From assembly GCF_001194135.2 (NCBI RefSeq), contig NC_068983.1, positions 14,389,767 to 14,453,766 on the forward strand: a stretch of DNA of 64,000 nucleotides, written 5' to 3'. Origin of the DNA: Octopus bimaculoides (taxonomy: Eukaryota). Below are positions 37,227 through 50,546 of this stretch, in pieces (the stretch's first letter is position 1; every line of letters starts with the position of its first letter). Below the pieces are notes generated by a model that searched no databases, was not told the DNA's origin, and saw only the letters and a program-made list of their open reading frames with translations. The translations under genes were made by a program, and so were the position numbers.

Positions 37227-38195
37227 TAATAATAATGAAAAACATCAACAACAGCAATAATGATAATTCATGTTGTGCTATTGACTCGAGAACTACGCCC
37301 TCTCCCCCTTTTTGTAAGTGAATTCGTTTCACTTTCGTTTTTCTTTTTGTTTTGCTGTTGTAGTTGGTTACTACGTTTGTTGTTTTCTTGTATGGTATTT
37401 TCCATTTTTCTCTCTGTCACTCTATCTCACGTTACTGATTGTGTCACTTTCGTTTTCTATATTTCGTTTTTCTTATTTTTTTGTCCCTATTTTTCTCTGC
37501 CTGTCTCTCTCTTTTTCTCTTTCTTCACCTACACTCTGTTTCTATTGCGTATCTTTTTTTTTCTTTTGTTTTAAAGACTTTCGTCCTCTTTGTCTTCATA
37601 CCTCGTTCAATTATAACACGCAGCTATTAAATTTAAAACTATTAATGGTTATTTCCCCTTATATCTCTAGCAATCGTGATAGATGAGAACCAGGCGACTA
37701 ATGTAAGAAAATATATTGATAGATACATAGAGCATAAAGAAAGAGAGAGAGATAAGATTAGAGAGACTGGAGGAGAGCACTTTTAGTTTGTAGAAAGCGA
37801 AAGATATTGAGGCTGGAATGGAAAGGGGATGTTAAAACAGGGACAAGGACGAAGGAATAAAATGTATTATATAAATTGATAAAATGTAAACAGCCGAATG
37901 GAAAGAAAGAGTAAAACATTGAATGAATGAAAAATTGAAGAAAAGCAAAATGATTGAAAGTAAGCTTGTTTGAAGACATAAATGGAACAGAAAAATAGTT
38001 GAAAGTAAGAGAAAAGGAATAAAAGAGAGAGGGAAAGAAAAGTGAATGCAACAAATTCAAGGAGAGAGAGAGAAAGAAAGAAAGGATTAATTAAAGAAAT
38101 GCGTGAATAATTAAAGAAAAGAGAAGAATGAATTCAAGGAGGTTAAAATGATAGAAAGGAAGTTTGAATGAAGACAAAAATAAAAAAAAAAGATA

Positions 38196-38739
<544 letters not shown>

Positions 38740-38800
38740 GACGAAGAAAGAAGATAGGAACTGATGAAAGAGAGAGAGAGAGGGGGAGAGAGAGATAGAG

Positions 38801-38831
<31 letters not shown>

Positions 38832-38835
38832 GAGG

Positions 38836-38888
<53 letters not shown>

Positions 38889-39019
38889 GCAAGCACGAAA
38901 GAAAGAAAAAATGAAAGAACGAAAGAAAGAAAGCATTAAAGGATTGAATGACTAGATATGGAAGGAAAGAGGAATGAGTGCAGGGAAGAGAATATGATAG
39001 AAAGATTGTATGAGAACAT

Positions 39020-39848
39020 CTTCACTTGGACTGTGGCCATGCTGGTGCACTGCCTTGAAGACTTTAGTCAAATTAATTGACTACGGTAACTCTTTTTATG
39101 TCTGATACTTAATGCGTTTGTTCTTTTGTCAAGCTGCTAGGTCATGAGGAGGTATACAGACCAACACCGGTTGTCAAGCGGTGTTAGGGAAAATACACGC
39201 ACACACACACACACACACACACACCCACACACACACCCACACACACTCACACATACACACACACGAGCATACACACGCACACACTCACTCATACACACGT
39301 ATATCTGTATGTATGAAAATTCGAAGATATGAGAGAAGTGGGCGAATATATGTTTATTACATTCGTTGACAACTGTTTCGTAATCTGTTTTAGTTACATA
39401 AGTGACGCTACATCAATCAAAACATATATCCACATACATACATACATACATACATACATACATAAATATATATATATANNNNNNNNNNNNNNNNNNNNNN
39501 NNNNNNNNNNNNNNNNNNNNNNNNNNNNNNNNNNNNNNNNNNNNNNNNNNNNNNNNNNNNNNNNNNNNNNNNNNNNNNNNNNNNNNNNNNNNNNNNNNNN
39601 NNNNNNNNNNNNNNNNNNNNNNNNNNNNNNNNNNNNNNNNNNNNNNNNNNNNNNNNNNNNNNNNNNNNNNNNNNNNNNNNNNNNNNNNNNNNNNNNNNNN
39701 NNNCAGTGGGATTTGACACTGTCCGTCAATCAAATTCACTTACAAAATAATGGCGAGACTGAGACCATATTAGAAGTAACTATGTACCGGGCAGTGGGAT
39801 TAGAGCTGAAACCACGTAGTTGCAAACCTGGCTTCTTAACCCTTCAGC
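39020..39848 (-). mobile_element. SINE family B, old diverged copy spanning a gap
   Basis: Tail similarity at 39025-39200 and head similarity at 39720-39848. Confidence 0.6.
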
Positions 39849-40199
39849 CGTAGTCTGATTACAGAGAAAAAAGAAAGAAGGAAAAACAAAAAAAGGATGA
39901 CGTAATGAAAAGAATGAAAGCAACAAAATGTCTGAAGGTATGAAAAGAAAGAATCATGAAAAACTGTAATAGCTGAAGAGAATAAAGGAAATCGTAAGAG
40001 GGAGGAGAGAGAAGATTGTAATGCTTGAGACACAGGAGGTATAGGAAAAACAAATAAGAGAAATGGATGAAAGTAAATAGAGAAGAGACTATAAAAAATA
40101 AAGTGGGAAGCGAGTAAGACAATGTTTGAAAGGCATATATTATGTTAATAAATATAAGGAAATTCTGAATAATTAATAAAACGATAATGGTCGAAGAAA

Positions 40200-40407
40200 A
40201 CTTGATATCAATACAGAAATTTTAATCGAAATCTTTTAATTGACAATAAACCTATTTGTTAAATATTGTTAAATAAATAAATGTAAAAATATATGTTATG
40301 TTAAGCAAATATTTATGTATAAATTTCATAAGCGTTTATAAGGGGGTCTCTAAGGTAAAGCCTGAAATATAAAGGGGTCCGCAAGTCAAAAAATTTTAAA
40401 ACCCCTG
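40200..40407. mobile_element. hAT-type non-autonomous element end
   Basis: GGGGTCCGCAAGTCAAAAAATTTTAAAACCCCTG followed by GTCTAAGG, resembling a Charlie-type terminus and NTCTAGAN target. The other end was not found, so the left boundary is approximate. Confidence 0.45.
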
Positions 40408-40463
40408 GTCTAAGGTACTTGTAGTTTTGTTTAAAGGGTTCCCCTTTACCATGTGAATACTAT

Positions 40464-41160
40464 CATTGCGCAGTTCGGTGGCGAGCTGGCAGAATCGTTA
40501 GAACCCCGGGTAAAATGCTTCGCGGCATTTCGTCCGCCCTTAGATTCCATTCAAGGTCGACTTTGCCTTTTACCCATTCGGAGTAGATAAGATACGTTCC
40601 AGGAGAACCTTAGGGGCTGATGTAATCGAGTAGCACCCACCCTCGAAATTGCTGGCCTTGTGTCAAAATTTGAAACCAGCATTATTATTGCACAGTAGGG
40701 CGGTGAGCTGGCAGAAGCGTTAGCATATCGTTAGCGTTATCTCATCTGTCTTTACGTTCTAAGTTCAAACGCTTTGAGGGTCTAAAATAAGTACCATTCG
40801 AATACTGGCATCGATTAGTCGACTTACCCCTCTTCCAAAATTGCTGGTCTCATGCAAAAATTTGAATCAATTATTATTATTGCGCAGGATGCAGCGAGCT
40901 AGGACAATCGTTAGCACACCAAAATGCTTAACAGTATTCCGTCCGTCTTTACGCTCTTTTTTCAAACGCTGCCGAAGTTTACCTTGTCTTTTTTACTTTT
41001 GGGATCAACAAAATAAGTACCAGATGAGCATTGGCGTCGATGTAATGGACTTACCATTTCTTTCAAGATTGCTGGCCGTGTGTCAACATCTGAAATCTAT
41101 TATAAAGACGGCGATTTGGCATATTTGTTAGCGCAGCGGAAAAAATTACTTGGCAGCATT
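40464..41160 (+). mobile_element. Head-to-tail chain of about four family C (tail 2) SINEs
   Basis: Heads at about 40475, 40697, 40887 and 41107 (GGCG(G/A)..GAGCTGGCAGAA..GTTAGC), each following an ATTATT tail; the fourth is partial. Confidence 0.75.
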
Positions 41161-41787
41161 TCTCTATAATCTATAGATTAGACATATAGTTAATAGCTGC
41201 AATGGGGGATTAGGCCTATGGTCAATAGCAGATTAGAGAAATAATCAGATCTGATTATTGTGATCTGATCTATGGTTAAATAGTGATTTGTCTTATGACT
41301 AACGAGTGATTAAATATATGATCAGATGGCCACTAAAATTATGGCCAATGGTCGATTAGGTCAATGATCAATAGGTAATATAAACTTTTGATTAAAAAGC
41401 GAGTGTAGATTTATGAACAATGGGTGATGAAACATATATTCAATGAGTGATTAAATATTGATCTATGATTGAATAATGATATGATCAGTGATCAACGAAA
41501 GAGAAAAGTTAACCTGTGATCAGAATGAAAATAATCTATGGCATTCCATGTTTGATCCTTTGTATTTTCGTATATTACCCAATATAGCAGGTCGATATGC
41601 GGCTTGGAGACATACTCCTTAGCTTGTGCTTATATTGTTCATTCCCTTTCGTGCAAACATATGATTTAATCTTTTCTTTGTTTTGCACAATGTATTTAGA
41701 ACAACTTCTATGTTTGTCTCCACGACGACAAACGGATATTATTGACTTTTTGCACAAGTAACTGTGTATCAAGTGAAACGTTTTCAT

Positions 41788-41952
41788 AGCATTTTGGTGT
41801 GCTAACGATTGTCCTAGCTCGCTGCATCCTGCGCAATAATAATAATTGATTCAAATTTTTGCATGAGACCAGCAATTTTGGAAGAGGGGTAAGTCGACTA
41901 ATCGATGCCAGTATTCGAATGGTACTTATTTTAGACCCTCAAAGCGTTTGAA
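41788..41952 (-). repeat. Perfect 165-bp inverted duplicate of 40764-40928
   Basis: Base-by-base comparison by eye found no mismatch. Confidence 0.9.
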
Positions 41953-42540
41953 ATGTGATGTTCCGTTGCCTTAGTCTGGATATATTTCTTGCAGAAACCA
42001 CCAAGTTGTTGGCTATAGACAATGCTGAGAGAGAGTAAGAGAATTAGTCGAGAAAGAAAATGAGAGAAAGAAAGAGAGACAGAGAAAGGAAAGAAAGGGC
42101 AACCGTAGATTGGTATTTTATTTATGAACCTCCAAAGAATTAAAAGTTTATATCGGGGTGAGTTCAACGAAAGCGCAGAGAACCGGAATAAACATCACTG
42201 ATTCTCTGTCGAATCTTCAATATATCCCTCCCTACGTTCTCTTGTATGGTATTTTATTTTTTGTCGTTGAGATCCGAGGGTGATTTTGCTATTATTTCTA
42301 TCCATCTGAATTACTCTACTCTGGCAGTCATGTTAGTATATGAAAAATATGTTGTTATTGCTGAAAGGTACTCAAACGAGGTCCTCTTGTGTTATCTCTT
42401 GTCGGGCATACTGTATGTAGAAAGTCTCCTTCCTAAGATTGTAGGGTGTGATATCAGTGAATACTGGCTTAAGTTTATAGCTTGTCATTTACAACGTAGG
42501 GTTATTTATAATGTTTATACTTTTTCATATGGAATAAAGT

Positions 42541-42810
42541 AAAATCACTCCCCTCTTCGGTCATGAATGACCATGGGATTGCGCCTGGAAAGTTCCCCAC
42601 CGAGGTACAAGTCCGGGAACAAGGTTGTTTTTTATGGAAGATCAGCAGTAGCCCTTGCATATCACTGATGTTATCCGAGAGAAAGGCAAGGGCCGATACA
42701 GCTTCGTACTAGTGATGCCTCAAATCATTTCTATAGCTGAATGAACTGGAGCAACGAGAAAGAAAGCGTTTTGCTCAAGAAGACAACACAGCCTGGTCCG
42801 GGAATCGGAC
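42541..42810 (-). mobile_element. CORE-like SINE family E, partial
   Basis: GAACTGGAGCAAC..TTTTGCTCAAGAAGACAACAC..CCGGGAATCG shares the family D head/core on the minus strand but has a different tail (CCCCTCTTCGGTCATGAATGACCATGGG). Confidence 0.55.
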
Positions 42811-42862
42811 ACACTTTCCGAAGATAGATTTGTCATAGCGTTCGCAAACACTTGCTTAGATA

Positions 42863-43255
42863 GTTGTTGTTGGGACTCCGTCGCTTACGACGATGAGGGT
42901 TCCAGTTGATCCAATCAAAGGAACAGCCTGCTCGTGTAATTAACGTGCAAGTGGCTGAGCACTCCACAGACACGTGTACCCTTAACGTAGTTCTCGGGGA
43001 TATTCAGCATGACACAGAGTGTGACAAGGCTGGCTTTTTGAATTACAGGCACAACAGAAACAGGAAGTAAGAGTGAGAGAAAGTTGTGGTGGAAGAGTAC
43101 AGCAGGGTTCGCCACCATCCCCTGCCGGAGCCTCGCTTGTGGAGCTTTAGGTGTTTTCGCTCAATAAACACTCACAACGCCCGGTCTGGGAATGGAAACT
43201 GCGATCCTATGACCGCGAGTCCGCTGCCCTAACCACCGGGCCATTGCGCCTCCAC
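42863..43255 (-). mobile_element. SINE family A, full length
   Basis: 14-bp TSD CACTTGCTTAGATA (42849-42862, 43256-43269). Confidence 0.9.
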
Positions 43256-43669
43256 CACTTGCTTAGATAATCCAAAACAGAAACATTCTGGTGAATAACC
43301 TCCTCGAATAATAAAAGAAAGCAAGAATAAAAGCGTGATAAGACAAAGAGGGACACCTATATCGTTACTTGACTTGCTAGGAGTAACACGAAAATGTTTC
43401 TCATATTACACCTACCACCATAAAAAGTACATAGTGTCTATGTTACAGGCTAATGTTTCATAGTCTGAATATATTTGATGTCAGGTTTGCTCAATCACCG
43501 GAATCTTTGCGGTAAACAACCACCGACGAAACGAAATATTAATACATCAATATCCATCGTCAAAGAAATTAACTGGAATAATGTTATATAGTTTGTCCTT
43601 ATCTAATGACTAAAGCGATAAAAGCATGGATAACTTGGAATAAAATAGCCAATATTGTTGTTTGTTCCT

Positions 43670-43912
43670 TCTCGAACTATGCCTGGCTAATAAGGGCCGG
43701 TTTCCCGGTTTTATTGGTGTATAGGTTCCCTTACTTGGACGGGACGCTGGTCTGTCTCAGATGAGCTGCTAGATGCAGGAGGAAAGAGTGAGAGAATGTT
43801 GTGGCGAAAGAGTCAGCATAATTTCGTCATTACCTTCTGCCGGAGCCACACATCGCCCTGTCTGAGGTTCGCACCCGAGAACCCTCGACCGTGAGTCCGC
43901 TGCTCTAACCAC
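43670..43912 (-). mobile_element. SINE with a family A-like head and centre but a different (V-domain-like) 3' part
   Basis: Shares GAAAGAGTGAGAGAA..GTTGTGG..GAAAGAGT and GAGTCCGCTGC.CTAACCAC with family A. The 3' part on the minus strand, CAGACCAGCGTCCCGTCCAAG, resembles the V-SINE motif GATGGACTGGCGTCCCGTCCAGG. Confidence 0.55.
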
Positions 43913-44344
43913 AAACAGCCAATATTAGGAGACCTAAATTAAAATCGATATCTTCCGCGTTCTTATTGTGCCACTTGTTCTGTTTGGCTCTGATGACATT
44001 TCCTACAAGGCTTAGGAACGATTATACGATCGTAGGCTACATGTTTTGTGGAAAGCACATCCAGCTCTACAACAAATTCATGGGGCTTCATCATTCATTT
44101 CTTAAACACAGAGACAACTTCCAGTATGATTTGTCGAGTACCGGGTACTTCTTTACTGTGAAAGATAAGATAGCATCATCATTTGTACGTTGGATATTCC
44201 CGTCAGCTGGTAGGAATTAGAGCAAGGTCTCCTAACCAAATATCATCATCGTAGTTTTTGGAATCTGAAGTGCGAGACCTTGTTGCGCTAATGTAGAATC
44301 GTTCGCTCTAGGGAGTTGGGAGCCTGTTTCGAATGGGGTTGCCA

Positions 44345-44490
44345 GAAAATGACGGTGATGACGATGACGATGTTGATGACGACGACGATAACGACGACGA
44401 TGACGACGATGATGATGATAGGGATGACAGTAACGATAATGGAGTAAAGATGGTGGAGATGGGTTGATAATGATGATGATGGCAATGCTA
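44345..44490. repeat. (GAT/GAC)n microsatellite
   Basis: Seen directly. Confidence 0.85.
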
Positions 44491-45664
44491 ACAGTATGCT
44501 AAAAGCAATTATCCATCTTTGATACTTTTCCACGTGCCCAAATTATTTTATAAGTATGAAACATTGATCACTTATTGATTGAGGACCAGATGGTTTCTAA
44601 TGTGCCTCATCAGGTTAACCTTACAAAAAAAAAAAAAGAAAAAAAAGAAAAAGAATGAACAAGAAAACACACCGTGAGACAAGACACTGATACTTTTAGT
44701 CAAAATGCCTATAATATTTATGACTCGGCAATGCACTAAATATCGCCTACTCTGATCTACTGATAACATTGTAGATCTCAAACACGTATGTGAGTTAATG
44801 GAATTGTTTATGATGACTGAAGAAGCCGACGTTTCAAGCCTTTAGTTATCGTCTAACTACAATGATGAGATAGAACATGATGTTGTTGCATGGGTGGTGG
44901 GTTTGCAAATCTGCTGTCTATCTATTTGACTTATGCATAGATTCACTAATATCAGAATATAGAATGCTATCTTTTCTACACCATACATTACATACTGTCC
45001 AGTAACTGAGTCACTGTGACATTTTCTTTTTCGAGCAGTTGTGCGGTATTTGTGAGGATTCAGACTTTTCGAAAGTCTCTGTATTACACTCTGTGTTATT
45101 ATTATTATTTTTTTGTCTTGTGAGATTCAAGATCTATAATCTAAATGTGTTACATGAGATAACTATGATAAACATGATAAATGCTTAGCAGTTATGAGAA
45201 AGGCATGCATCAACATTAGATAGAAAAATAACAGAAAGGGAGTAGAAATAAGAGAAAGAAAGGGATATAGAAGATTGAATTTTATAATGAAAGTAACATT
45301 TCCTGTTGTTTGAAGCAAGTAAGTAAAAGAAAAATATTACGTATAAATGTATACAGAAAGTAATGAGAAGAAGCAGGTGAATATAGGAAGAAATACTGTT
45401 AGTTTAAAAACCAAAGAAACGCACTAGTTGGGAAGGAGTGAGAAAAAAAACTCCCTTAAAAGATTGTCATTTGGTTTATATTTTTATGTGTTTCAAATAG
45501 ATATATTACGCTACCATCTGCAGAGTTTCTCACAACTGCTGGTGGTGAGATTTGGCATGGTAAGGAGGAATGAAACAACTCCAAAGAAAATAAAGGTGTT
45601 TTATATAAATATATATACGTCTGTGTATGTGTGCGTGTGTGTGTGTATGTGTGTGAATGTATGC

Positions 45665-45707
<43 letters not shown>

Positions 45708-45804
45708 TACACACATATTTATGCACATATTCAACGTTCTCAACCGAAGGAAAAAAAAAGAAGCCAAATTTTAAAAATAATGTTATATTTTATTTATTCG
45801 CATA

Positions 45805-45902
45805 ACTGTAATAATAATAATAATAATAATAATAATAGTAATAATAATAATAATAACATTAATAATAACAATAATAATAATAGTAATAGCAGTAGAGTAG
45901 TC

Positions 45903-45947
<45 letters not shown>

Positions 45948-46145
45948 ATAATAACAAAAACAGTAATAATGGTGATGTTTATGGTAATAATAATAGCATT
46001 GATGTTAATGATCATCATTTTATGTCATCATCATCATCATAGTCATCGCCATCGTCATAATCATCTTTCCCATCATTCTTATCATCATCATCGAAATTAT
46101 CATCATCTTCGCGCCATCATCATCATCATCATCATCATCATAATG
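45805..46145. repeat. Compound (AAT)n(AGT)n(CAT)n microsatellite
   Basis: Seen directly. Confidence 0.95.
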
Positions 46146-47023
46146 ATCGTTGGTGATAATGATGAACTGGATGAAGTAGGCGGAAAGATGAAATGGAACA
46201 GTAGCAACAGTAACGGTAAAAAAAAACAAACATCAAGAACAACAAGGAAAACATGAAGAAAAAGGTAAAAATGAGTAAAAAGAAAGATTTCATTGATAGT
46301 GTAAAATGCTGGAAGAAATACAGAAGTAACAAGTATAACTAGAAAATAAAATTAAAAAAAAAAGCATTCTGCGATGTATGTAGAAAAGTTAACTGACAAA
46401 AATAATCGGTAAAAAAGAGAATTTGATGATAAACAAATTCAATATTAACATCATGTATTACAATTTGAGAAAGAATTTTAAAAAAAACTATAAATGCGTT
46501 TTGAGAATTATAGCTAAGAAAAGTAATCCTCGAAAACACTTAGGACTATCTAAATATTGTGTTAGTGAAATATAAATGTTATTGAGAATTTCATATTGTA
46601 AACAAAATTTATAAAACACTTCTAATGACTAAATGGCACAATTTCAAGGAATATAAACTATTTTATATATCTTATTGTTTCATATGATTTATAATATCTC
46701 GAATGCTGAAGAATAGCGTCGGATATGATAAGTATTCTGATGGTCCGGCACTGTATATATAATATATTTCTCGAAGGATTTCGTTCGAGATGTGTATAGA
46801 ATAATATCGACCAGAAATACTATAATTCGTATGAGTACTCAAAGCGCGTATGGAGTAGAATGAATATGGGGTAGACCATGGCTTAGCTGGTCGAAACTTC
46901 GAAGTCACTGTCAACAGCCTTCTCATATAGGAATAATAAAACTATACTCTACAGAAATATAGAGTAACCCATCAGATTAATATAAAATTGTTTTTATTAT
47001 AACTGATCATAAAAAAACAAATA

Positions 47024-47427
47024 ATGTGACTGCGTGGCAAGTAGCTTGTTTAACAACCACATGGTTCCGGGTTCAGTCCCGCTGAGTGTTACCTTGGGCA
47101 AGTGTCTTCTACTATAGCCTCGAGCCGACCAAAGCCTTGTGAATGGATGTGGTAGACGGAAACTGAAAGAAACCCGTCGTATATGAACGTATATATGTGT
47201 GTATGTGTGTGTATATGTTTGTGTGTCTGTGTTTGTCTCCCAAACATCACATGACAACCGATGGTGGTGTGTTTACGTCCCCGTAACTTAGCGGTTCGGG
47301 AAAAGAGACCAATAAAATAAGTACTCGGCTTACAAAGAATAAGTCCTGGAGTCGATTTGCTCGACTAAAGGCGGTACTCCAGCATGGCTGAAGTCAAATG
47401 ACTAAAACAAGTAAAAGAGTAAAAGAG
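47024..47427 (+). mobile_element. SINE family B, full length
   Basis: Complete head to GTAAAAGAGTAAAAGAG tail. Confidence 0.9.
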
Positions 47428-47429
47428 AT

Positions 47430-47665
47430 ATCACGTGATTGACCAGATTATCGGATGGCGCCTCCTGGACACAGTGCGCTTCGCAAAGTTTTAGCTGTCG
47501 AACCATTGTCGAATCTTCCCGACCATTTCGCTGTCAAGGTGACCAGGCTAACATTCTCCCTGATCTCAAAGCCAGTTTGCCGCAGGGTTATTCAAGCAAC
47601 GTGAAATGAAGTGTTTTGCTCAAGAATACAACACGCCGCTCGGTCCGTGAATCGAACCTTCAATC
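47430..47665 (-). mobile_element. CORE-like SINE, diverged
   Basis: CAACGTGAAATGAAGTGTTTTGCTCAAGAATACAACACG..AATCGAACC, homologous to the family D/E head and core. Confidence 0.5.
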
Positions 47666-47680
47666 TAATAATATATACAT

Positions 47681-48035
47681 CCTTTCACTTGTTTCAATCA
47701 TTTGACTGAGGCCATGCTGGAGCACCGCCTTTGGTCGAAGAAATTGTAAGCCTAGTACTTATTTTATCAGTCTCTTTTTGCTGAACCACTAAACGTCTGG
47801 GATGTAAACACACCAACATCGACTATCAAACGAGGACGGGGTGGATATAGACGCACACACATATATACATATACGACGGGCTTCTTTCAGTTTCCCTCTA
47901 CCAAATTCCCTCACAAGGTTTTGGTCGGCCCGATGCTATAGCAGAAGACACTTTCGAAGGTTCCACGCAGTGGGACTGAACCCGGAACCATAAGGTTGTG
48001 TAGCAAGATTCTTACCACTCAGCCACGCCTTCGCC
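47681..48035 (-). mobile_element. SINE family B, near full length
   Basis: Tail at 47681 and head CTTACCACTCAGCCACGCC ending near 48035. Confidence 0.85.
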
Positions 48036-48563
48036 AATATATATATATATATATATATATANNNNNNNNNNNNNNNNNNNNNNNNNNNNNNNNNNNNNNN
48101 NNNNNNNNNNNNNNNNNNNNNNNNNNNNNNNNNNNNNNNNNNNNNNNNNNNNNNNNNNNNNNNNNNNNNNNNNNNNNNNNNNNNNNNNNNNNNNNNNNNN
48201 NNNNNNNNNNNNNNNNNNNNNNNNNNNNNNNNNNNNNNNNNNNNNNNNNNNNNNNNNNNNNNNNNNNNNNNNNNNNNNNNNNNNNNNNNNNNNNNNNNNN
48301 NNNNNNNNNNNNNNNNNNNNNNNNNNNNNNNNNNNNNNNNNNNNNNNNNNNNNNNGAAATACAACTTAATATATAGTATTCATAATCATATTTACTTATT
48401 AGCGGTGAAACCCGGTAAGTCACATATTCAGTTTCACATTCAGTATGCATACATACAAACACGAACACGCAATTATATACACTTACATATCAATATACAT
48501 ACGTACTACACATACGCGTACCTGTGTGTATGCGTGCTCGTGTATATGTGTGCGTCCGTATGC

Positions 48564-48627
<64 letters not shown>

Positions 48628-49530
48628 TCCCTAAAGGTTTTCACTGCGAAACTCCATTCACAAGGTATTAGCGGACTTGTTTTTGGTTTGGCTCAAAAAT
48701 TACCCACAATGAAGAGGACCATTCCTCCAGAGTGTCACTAGGACTATATTATATAATGTGCCCTTCCAATCTGAAAGGCAGCAAATAGTAATTTTACGGA
48801 GAAATAGCTGTTATTTCTAACCAGTATAACATCCACGTAGAGGTCACCTTGTTAGTTGGTATTAAACACATAGCATCCCATATTTGGATGTAAGTATTAG
48901 AAAATCAGGGACTGAGAAGTGAAACAAAGAAATGTTTATAGAGAAGTTGTGAGAGAATTATAAAGAGTTCAATTATTTCCAGTAGCAATCGAATGCAATC
49001 AGGAGAAAATATGTCACATAACAAAATATGCCAGAAAATTCGAAAACACAAAAGGAAAGAATTAATAACAATTTCCAAGGAAGACTAAACTTCAATGAAT
49101 GATTGATTTAATGCTGTCTTGTTGCATTGTTTTATTAAAGATATTGAACAAAATATGACCTTTTTTCACATCCGTATGATGTCATTGTATAAATCATTTT
49201 CTCATCTGTCAATATATTGTTATTTACTAAGCAATTTAAAATGTTATTTGTTTAATTACTCTATTATTAATACACTTTCTCGTTGATTATTACATGTAAG
49301 AGTCTTGTTGTTCTATCACATGTATGACCTACTCATTGAATTTAGAAAACAATGAAATCTAAAGGAATTACATGACGCTCTAAACGTAGTATGCACCAAT
49401 ATGCGAACAGTTTGAACACACGAACCTAGCCTCAATGTAGAAGCTAGACTTGCTAGATATAGTAAGTAAATCTCCTTCGAAATATATACGGGAAGTACAT
49501 AATGTAATACACACGCAATACTCGAGAAAG

Positions 49531-49950
49531 TTGTTGCCACTCCGTCGCTTACGACGTCGAGGGTTCCAGTTGATCCGATCAACGGAACAGCATGCTCGTG
49601 AAATTAACGTGCAAGTGGCTGAGCACTCCACAGACACCTGTACCCTTAACGTAGTTCTCGGGGATATTCAGCATGACAAGGCTAACGCTTTGAATTACAG
49701 GCACAACAGAAACAGGAAGTAAGAGTGAGAGAAAGTTGTGGTGAAAGAGTACAGTAGGGTTCGCCACCATCCCCTGCCGGAGCCTCGTGGAGCTTTAGGT
49801 GTTTTCGCTCAATNNNNNNNNNNCGGAGCCTCGTGGAGCTTTAGGTGTTTTCGCTCAATAAACACTCACAACGCCCGGTCTGGGAATCGAAACCGCGATC
49901 CTATGACCGCGAGTCCGCTACCCTAACCACTGGGCCATTGCGCCTCCACT
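49531..49950 (-). mobile_element. SINE family A, full length (10-N gap with duplicated flank)
   Basis: TSD ACTCGAGAAAG (49520-49530, 49952-49962). Confidence 0.9.
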
Positions 49951-50077
49951 CACTCGAGAAAGACACAGTAGTCTATCGATCATAATTTTCTTCAGTCAAG
50001 GCTAATCTAAGGCTAGAGGGCAACCACCTTAAAGACAATACATATAAACCAAACTCAGGGAAATAAAATATATAAGA

Positions 50078-50500
50078 AGCAGGAGTGGTTGTGTGGTAAG
50101 AAGCTCGCTTCTCAACCACATGGTTCCAAAGTTCGGTCCCACCGCGTGGCACCTTAGGCAAGTGTCTTCTGCTGTAGCATCGCGCCGCGGAAAGCCTTGT
50201 GAGTGGATTTGGTAGACGGAAACTGAAAGAAGTCCGTCGTACACACACACACACGCACTCACAAATTTATGTGTGCGTGTGTGTGTGTTTGTGTGTCTGT
50301 CTTCGTCCTCCCACCATCGCTTCACAACAGATGTGGATGGGTTTACGTCCTCGTAACTTAACCGTTCGGCAAAAGAAACCGATAAAATAAGTACTAGGCT
50401 TACAAAAAAATAAAATAAGTCCTGAGGTAGATTTGTTCGATTAAAGCTGCTGCTCCAGCATGGCCGCACTCAAATGACTGAAACAAGTAAAAGAATAAAA
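50078..50500 (+). mobile_element. SINE family B, full length
   Basis: Complete head, internal microsatellite and tail. Confidence 0.9.
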
Positions 50501-50507
50501 TAATATA

Positions 50508-50546
<39 letters not shown>

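Noticed and set aside
40464-41160. CRISPR-like or other regularly spaced repeat array
   Set aside because: The units are ~200-bp diverged SINEs in a eukaryotic context, with no identical short repeats, unique spacers or cas genes.
43960-44220. Possible CR1-type RT N-terminal remnant on the minus strand (VVSVFKK)
   Set aside because: Too few motif residues to support a call by eye.
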